Assembly: GCA_020184695.1 (NCBI GenBank)
Contig: JAANOX010000002.1
Span: 502,873-566,872 of the forward strand
Source: Histomonas meleagridis 2922-C6/04-290x
Lineage: Eukaryota > Protista > Parabasalia
Reading direction: 5' to 3'
Length of the DNA stretch: 64,000 nucleotides
A program made the translations under genes and the position numbers. Under the pieces are notes generated by a model. The model ran no database searches and was not told where the DNA came from. It was given only the letters and a program-made list of their open reading frames with translations. Shown piece after piece: positions 57,251 to 64,000 of this stretch. Within the stretch, counting starts at the first letter, position 1; each line of letters begins with the position of its first letter.

Positions 57251-57339
57251 ATATTCACCAAATATATGTTTCAATGAATCTAACCAAGTAATTACATCTT
57301 TATTTCATTATTTTTATTAGATTATTTAAATAAATATAT

Positions 57340-57877
57340 ATGAGACGAGTTTTGAAAAATAATTCTATTTATAAATATATGAATAGTGAATTTAAAGATA
57401 TTAATGAAGAAATACATAGAATTTTTACAAAACATAAAATAAATAATAAAGAAAAAATATTAAAATATATATCATTAAAATTAGCATATTATAATTGGAA
57501 AACTTATCCTCATAGAATGTCATTAATATTAGATGATTTTGCTAATCATGTATTAATAAAGAATAAAGAAACTGATTTAATGAAATTATTGAAGAAATTA
57601 AGACATTTCAATATTAATGTTATCATATGTGTTCAAACTGTTAAATCGATACCAAAAGATCTGAAAAGAACATTAAGTGATATAGTGTTATTTCCTGGTA
57701 TATCTAAGGATGATTTTTATGAATAAATTAAAGAATCTCCTGCAAGCTGTTTTGATGTAAATTATTTATGGAAAGAATATAGAAAACTTACTGATCAACA
57801 TGCTAGATTTAATATTTGGATCAAAGCTAGAAAAATTACTATTACTTCACCCACTAAAACACAGTGTGACCGATAAT
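57340..57877 (+). pseudogene. A32-like packaging ATPase (Maverick/Polinton-type), 5'-truncated, one in-frame stop
   Basis: Walker B LILDDF and LRHFNINVIICVQTVKSIP. The frame continues past TAA 57724-26 (IKESPASCFD...); Walker A is not seen. Confidence 0.75.
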
Positions 57878-57962
57878 ATTGTATCGAGCCTAATAAATAA
57901 ATTTTTTATAAAACATTAATTTTTTTGATATACAATTTTAATTTTTTTATTTTCATAAAAAT

Positions 57963-58220
57963 ATGGAAGATTTTGAAAATTATATTAAAAGTGAATATAC
58001 AGATAAATATAGTATGGTTAATTTTAAATATAATTATAATTCATGAACAAAATTCGATAAAAAAGCAAAACCCAACCACCAACAATATATTATATTTGTT
58101 AATATTAAATATTATGATGAAAAATTGAATATAGTTAATTCTTCTAATATAAAATTTGTTAATGATGAAATACCACCATGTAATCTAAAGAAATTACATA
58201 ATATAAATCCGACTAAATAA
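57963..58220 (+). pseudogene. Small Maverick-region ORF (85 aa) with one in-frame TGA
   Basis: MEDFENYIKSEY...NYNS*TKFDKK...NINPTK*; same frame on both sides of the TGA. Confidence 0.4.
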
Positions 58221-58810
58221 ATTTATTGCCGCTAGAGTTGATATTATTAAAAATATCCATGAAAAAATATTATTAGAATATGATAAAATTAACAATGAAA
58301 TTAATGATTTAAATAAATATTTAGATAATCCTAATAAAAATATAGTCAGAAATAAATCTAATGATACTATTATTATTGATGACATTCAGAAACATGTAAA
58401 ATTCGACATGTAATTTAAATGAATCATATAAAGGTTATGAATATCCGGGGTTTCTGATGATGAAACCTATAATTTTTTATTTTTATCAAAAATATGAGTT
58501 TTACAATGATATGGTTATGCATACTAACAACATGGAGCTGCCAAGATGCCAGGTTCGGAAGGGGGGTGTCAGGTCTCCTGAAAAAAATTTGTTTTAGCTT
58601 TTAGCTCTTATAACGGTAAATTCGTGGGTAATTTATATGTTCAATTAACAAAAATTTGTGGCAAAATACGTGTTTTATTTTAGCTTTGTATAGGATATTT
58701 TTATAATGTGTATTTTACATAAGAGACACACACACAGTGCGACTCCAGGGGGCAAGCCCCTTTCATCACACTTCGAGCTAAAGCTCGGTGTGTGGCCATA
58801 GGCCAGATTT

Positions 58811-59069
58811 GTTTTTAAAAGTTGAATTTTTTGAAATATATGTCCTTACATGATAATAATAAAATATTAGGTTTTCGAAAGTTGAATTTTGAAATATATT
58901 TCCTTACATGATAATAATGAAATATTAGGTTTTTAAAAGTTAAATTTTGAAATATATGTCCTTACATGATAATAATAAAATATTAGGTTTTTAAAAGTTG
59001 AATTTTTGAAATATATGTCCTTACATGATAATAATGAAATATTAGGTTTTTAAAAGTTGAATTTTTGAA
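58811..59069. repeat. Tandem repeat, 58-60 nt x about 4.4
   Basis: Unit gtttttaaaagttgaattttgaaatatatgtccttacatgataataataaaatattag, starting at 58811, 58871, 58929, 58987 and 59046 (partial). Confidence 0.93.
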
Positions 59070-59076
59070 GAGTTCA

Positions 59077-59621
59077 ATGTTACAGTAAATTAACCTTAAA
59101 TTTATAATGTTTTTATGTGTACTCTGTTCTCGGATGTTCTGGGGGGGGACAGCATTCTTCTGAAACTTACCCGCAACACGACAATTTACGCAAGAACGCA
59201 ACAATATATTACTGCGTAATGCTATTTGCTAACATTTTCTATAATTATAAGGTCTCATATGAGAAACAGGGAAGAACATATATATATATATTATTATTAT
59301 TGTATGTATGTAGCTGTCAACAATATAACTGTCGACATATATATTATATACATATTATGTACTTACCTTGTTCTTTAATGAGAGTATATAATTATAGAAA
59401 TTGTTAGCAAACGACATACAGCAACATATATATATATATATTATTGTATGTATGTAATGCCGTCAACAAATAACTGTTTGTTGCGTAATTGCGTAAATTG
59501 TCGTGTTGCGGGTAAGTTTTAAGGTAATGTTGCAGACCCGGGTACAAGTAGGTACAAGGAGAACATCCAAAAACATTATAAATTCAGGGCTATTTTACCG
59601 TACTTTTTGCACATTGTATAT
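59077..59621. repeat. Long imperfect palindrome
   Basis: Perfect 31-bp inverted repeat 59163-59193/59489-59519; 25-bp inverted repeat with 1 mismatch 59225-59249/59387-59411; weaker outer arms. Confidence 0.9.
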
Positions 59622-59790
59622 CAATCAAAAATAAGTGTTCTCAAAAACAGGGTCTTTTAAAAAAGCACTTTTTAATAATAACCCTTTAAAAATAAGGCTT
59701 TTTGAAGATATATGTTCAAAAATAATATTATGAAAAATAGGTCTGTCCGATTTCGCACATACCGATATATGTTCAAAAATAATATGTTTG

Positions 59791-60100
59791 AAGTATTGTT
59801 TTTATAAGTATTGTTTTTATAAGTATTGTTTTTATAAGTATTGTTTTTATAAGTATTGTTTTTATAAGTATTGTTTTTATAAGTATTGTTTTTATAAGTA
59901 TTGTTTTATTAGTATTGTTTTTATAAGTATTATGTTTGAAGTATTGTTTTTATAAGTATTATGTTTGAAGTATTGTTTTTATAAGTATTATGTTTGAAGT
60001 ATTGTTTTTATAAGTATTATGTTTATAAGTATTATGTTCAAAAATAATATGTTTATAAGTATTATGTTTGAGATATTGTTTTTATAAGTATTGTTTCTAT
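59791..60100. repeat. 15-nt iterated repeat (AAGTATTGTTTTTAT, with 14-nt variant AAGTATTATGTTTG), about 20 copies
   Basis: Direct reading; ends about 36 nt before the primase ATG. Confidence 0.92.
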
Positions 60101-60136
60101 ATAATTTCAGTTTTTTTTCTACTATAAAAATAGATC

Positions 60137-62295
60137 ATGTCGCAGACTACGACAACATTAAAAGAACGTTTTGGTGATAATATCATCAACTTATATAATT
60201 ACAATAAACACGACAAAAGACAACCCGGAAGAAATACTGTTACAGGCAAGGCTTTATTAAATAATAAAGTCAAAAATTTATCAATAATAGATATTGATAT
60301 TAACAAATCGTTAGATAATGATACTAAAGATAAAATACGTAATAATATTTTATCTAAGTTATCTGATGATGATATTGTTGTAAAAACAGCTTCAGGCGGT
60401 ATACATATATACTGTAATACAGATGATTTTATTGCTAATAATAACAGAATGATTAAATGTTATAAATCTAATGAATTTGATATAGATATATTTAAATGTT
60501 ATGATGAAAATAAACGTTCATTAATTGTAATGGCGGGTTCAAAATATAGAGATTCATCACATAAATTACCTATTTCAACATATGAATTTATTGAAGGTAA
60601 TTATGACAGTATTATTACCGAAAATGTTAATGATATATTAAAGAATTTAGATATAAAATTAACTATTGAACAGCCACAGGAAGTTCAAAATATTATCGAG
60701 TTATATGATAATAGTGATAATATTACTGTCGGTTTTGCACGTACGTTAATGTACGGTTTAGAAGGAATCGAAATACATAATGATTCTGGTAATATATCAT
60801 TATCAAAAACAATTACATTATATGTACTGTTTCAAGCAATTAACAGTTTACCAAATGAAATAATAAATGAAGCATATGACTTTATATATAATAATTGTAA
60901 TTTAACGCCTAATGCTAAATCTAATTACAGCATAGCTCGTAAAAGGTATTGTAATTTACAAACTCATTACGGAGTTTTAATTAAACTAATCAAACTTTAT
61001 AACGAAGAATATTATAAGAAATTCATTAAAAATAATGCTGATGAAGTAATAATACATAATATTGACCTTAATGATAATTTTAGCATAACAACTATTAGTT
61101 CTAAAGCAGAAAAACATATATATAAATGTTATAGAGACGTTGTTGAAGATTTATCCCGTGTAATTAGATTTGTAGAAAGTAATAATTTAATGTTTATTAT
61201 TAAAACATTTGATATACATAATGATAAATATGTTATTGGTTATATGACAAATTCTAATATGAAAAAATTGCTTAAAATGATTAAATTATGGAAAGATGTT
61301 AGAAAAATAATCACTGCTTACAAGGCTTTTCTGGCTTATAAATCTAAATTAACAATTAAAGGAATTAAATTCTATTATAATGATAATGACAAAGACGGAT
61401 TTTCAATATTTCAAGGCTATAAATATAATACTGTTGATAATGTTAATATGTCTGTAATAGATAACTTCTTAAATATGATTAGAGAAGTTATTGCTGACAA
61501 CAATAATGATGTATATAATTATTTATTAAATTGGGTATCATATATAATACAAAATCCCCGTAAAAAAACTGAAACTGCAATTGTTTTAAAAGGATTGCAA
61601 GGTATTGGTAAGAATACATTCACTGACGTTATATGCGAATTATTAGCAGGTTACAGTGAAAAAAATATTAATCAAATAGGTGAATTAACGAGTAATTTCA
61701 ACAGCGTTGTTGAAAGTAAAATGTTATTAGTATTAAATGAATTAAAAAATGTCGGTGAAGACAGACTTGCTAATTTTGATACTTCGAAATCAATTATTAC
61801 TGATAAAACCATGAGAATTAATGAGAAAAATCAACCAAGAAGAACTTCTGAAAACGTTGCTAATTGTATATTTGTTATTAATAACAGTTATCCTATTAAA
61901 ATATAAAATCAGGTGACAGAAGATATGTTGTATTATTATGCAACGGTGAGTATAAAAATAATCATATATTTTGGAGTAATATGTATAACAGTTTTACTAC
62001 TGAGTTTTATAATTATTCATTAACATATTTTATGAACAGAGATATTGATAATTATAATCCCAGAATTATACCTATAACTGAATATAAACAAGATTTAATA
62101 GAAGCCTCTAGAAATTCTGTTGAACAATTTATATGTGATAATTATGATAGATTATGTGAGGGTTGGCTTTGTGCTGATGCATTATTTAATAAACCTTTTG
62201 AAATTAAAATGAGGTATTTTCAACTTCGATTAAATAATAAATGTTATAGAAATAAGGCCGTAGAGAAGGTGATTTATGTTATTGTTACTTTTTAA
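60137..62295 (+). pseudogene. Prim-Pol (AEP) primase fused to a D5-like SF3 helicase, Maverick/Polinton-like
   Basis: IIDIDI...KTASGGIHIY (Prim-Pol), Walker A GLQGIGKNT, Walker B LVLNE. A stop plus frameshift at ~61905 is followed by SGDRRYVV, which joins ORF 61981-62295. Confidence 0.85.
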
Positions 62296-62344
62296 AGGAT
62301 GAGTATGAAAATATATATCATCAAACAGAAAATGTTGATGAAAA

Positions 62345-64000
62345 CTAAATTTTAAAAACGGTTACTGTATTATTATCAATTATTGATATTATTTTTCCTA
62401 TAATCATACTGTTTATTTTTGTTGTAAATACAGTATCATCATCTAAAATACTGCCGTCATATAAAACTATATCTCCTGTCGTATATTTACCAGAATCATT
62501 AACTTCAAAATAATAGTCTCCGTGAGTTGCAAAATCAACAGTATCTTGATTAATACTAATATCTTGTTTTATAGTATCACCTATTTGAAAAACACTGTTA
62601 GCAACATGCTTGTCAACACATATTCCTATAAACTCTTTATAAGAACCTGTACTTTTAACAGAAGGTATACAGTTAGTAGAATCTGTTGTAGAAATATACT
62701 TATTTTCACCGTTTAATTTATAAACATTACCTGTTATAAATACAGGCTTTCCGACATCAAAATTATCAATATTTTCATTTTCAGAAATAGGACTGTTATG
62801 TATAATTGTTTTATTAATTTGACCTCCTCCTGAACTGCTAATTATTGCTTTTCTATAAGTATCATTAGAATAATGCCAAAATCCTAATTCATTTTGATAA
62901 GAAGTAATTCTTCAAGTATATGTTCCGGGTGCTTCTGTTGATTGATCATTGTATACGAAATCTAAAAATCTACCTGTTCTTAATACTACATTTTGATAAG
63001 GAACTATATCATTTGGTTCATGTGTATGAGAACTTGATGTAAAAGTAGATGGTTTATCAGTAATATCATTATAACTATGAGTATGACCATTTACTGAGCA
63101 AGAACTTACATTAATATTATTAATATAATTACAATTTATATTACTATTATTTCCATTAAAACTAATATTACCATTATTATTATCAAGTTTACCAAAATAC
63201 ATAGTATTACCAGCAGTTCTTATTCTCCATGTATAATCACTATCATCATTACTATCATGAAAATCAATATATTGTCCTATTTCCATTACATCATCACTTT
63301 TAATAGTAGCTATACAAGGTAAAGTGTTTAAATAATTTTATGCTGAAGAACCGTTATTAATATAATAATTATTAATTTTACCGTTAACAGTAATATCATC
63401 ATCAAATTCTGTATGAGTATGATCTAATAGAGAATATCTATCATCATGATTATGTGTTGTTAATGAATATTCACTATGAGTATGATTTATTAAAGATATA
63501 TTATCAGTATCAATATTATTAACGGAATTACATTGAATATTACCGTTAACAATTAAATCGTTATTTATAGTATTATGAGTATGATTTATTAAAGAATATT
63601 TATCGTCATGATTATGTGTTGTTAATGAAATATTATTAGTATCAATTCCGTTAACAGAATTACAACTAATATTATCGTTTTTATATATACTTACGTAATT
63701 ACCGCCACAAGTTTTAAATCTTAAACAAGTATTAATATTATCATCAGAACCTACGTAATGTTCTATTACACTACAATCATCGCCATATGGTAATGCACCT
63801 ATTTCCATTCTGATAAAATTACCTGTCACTGCATTAGATCTATAAATAAATAAACCTTGATTAATATTTGTATCATCTGAATATTTACTACAATCGATAT
63901 TGATATTACGTTTTGATGTTAATATTTTACATGAAATATCATTACCTACTATTAAATCTTGTTCAATCTTTGTCCAAACTTTGTATTCATTATAAGAAAT
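62345..64000 (-). pseudogene. Virion fibre-like protein of the Maverick-like element, 5'-partial, two in-frame stops
   Basis: One reading frame from 64000 to TAG 62345, interrupted only by TAA (63338-40) and TGA (62912-14). Contains repeated THNHDD(K/R)YSL / NHTH and CNSVN.ID motifs reminiscent of phage tail fibres. Confidence 0.65.

Larger units (their letters stand above)
57300..64000. mobile_element. Maverick/Polinton-like viral element, partial and decaying
   Basis: Packaging ATPase, primase-helicase and fibre-like gene in one very AT-rich block that runs off the window end. Confidence 0.75.

Noticed and set aside
57300-64000. Alternative genetic code (TGA=Trp or TAA=Gln) in the Maverick-like genes
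   Set aside because: Stops are a mix of TGA and TAA at positions expected to be Trp, Leu or Glu, one comes with a frameshift, and Trp is otherwise TGG. Ordinary decay explains them.

Overview
AT-rich, intron-poor eukaryotic DNA from a parabasalid (trichomonad; Tritrichomonas/Histomonas-like by inference). Support comes from a hydrogenosomal PFOR with an MLRNF presequence, Inr and M3/M5-type promoter elements, and BspA and DUF3447-ankyrin family genes. Intact host genes include ArfGAP-PH-ankyrin, a stand-alone Cdc73 N-domain, a TKL kinase, PFOR, two Ras GTPases, a RUN-like protein, a PP2A-group phosphatase, an LRR protein, a saposin polyprotein, Sir2, an RCC1-repeat protein and DNA polymerase delta. 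They alternate with decayed mobile DNA: Tc1, two pogo, IS630-like, mariner, Harbinger, P-like, PIF1 helicase, a CRESS-virus capsid fragment, and a Maverick/Polinton-like segment at the right end. The most striking feature is an ankyrin gene (45658-48725, minus strand). Its 11 distal repeats are intact 84-90 nt coding blocks, each preceded at the same codon position by an AT-rich insert of exactly 80 nt (one is 81 nt). The inserts lack canonical splice signals, carry a position-fixed TTTGGAAAT core and break the reading frame, suggesting an undescribed precise-removal mechanism. Also notable are a saposin polyprotein with five disulfide-hairpin mini-peptides and an origin-like region of palindromes and iterated repeats in the Maverick-like element. 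All family assignments are by motif recognition by eye; no database searches were run.
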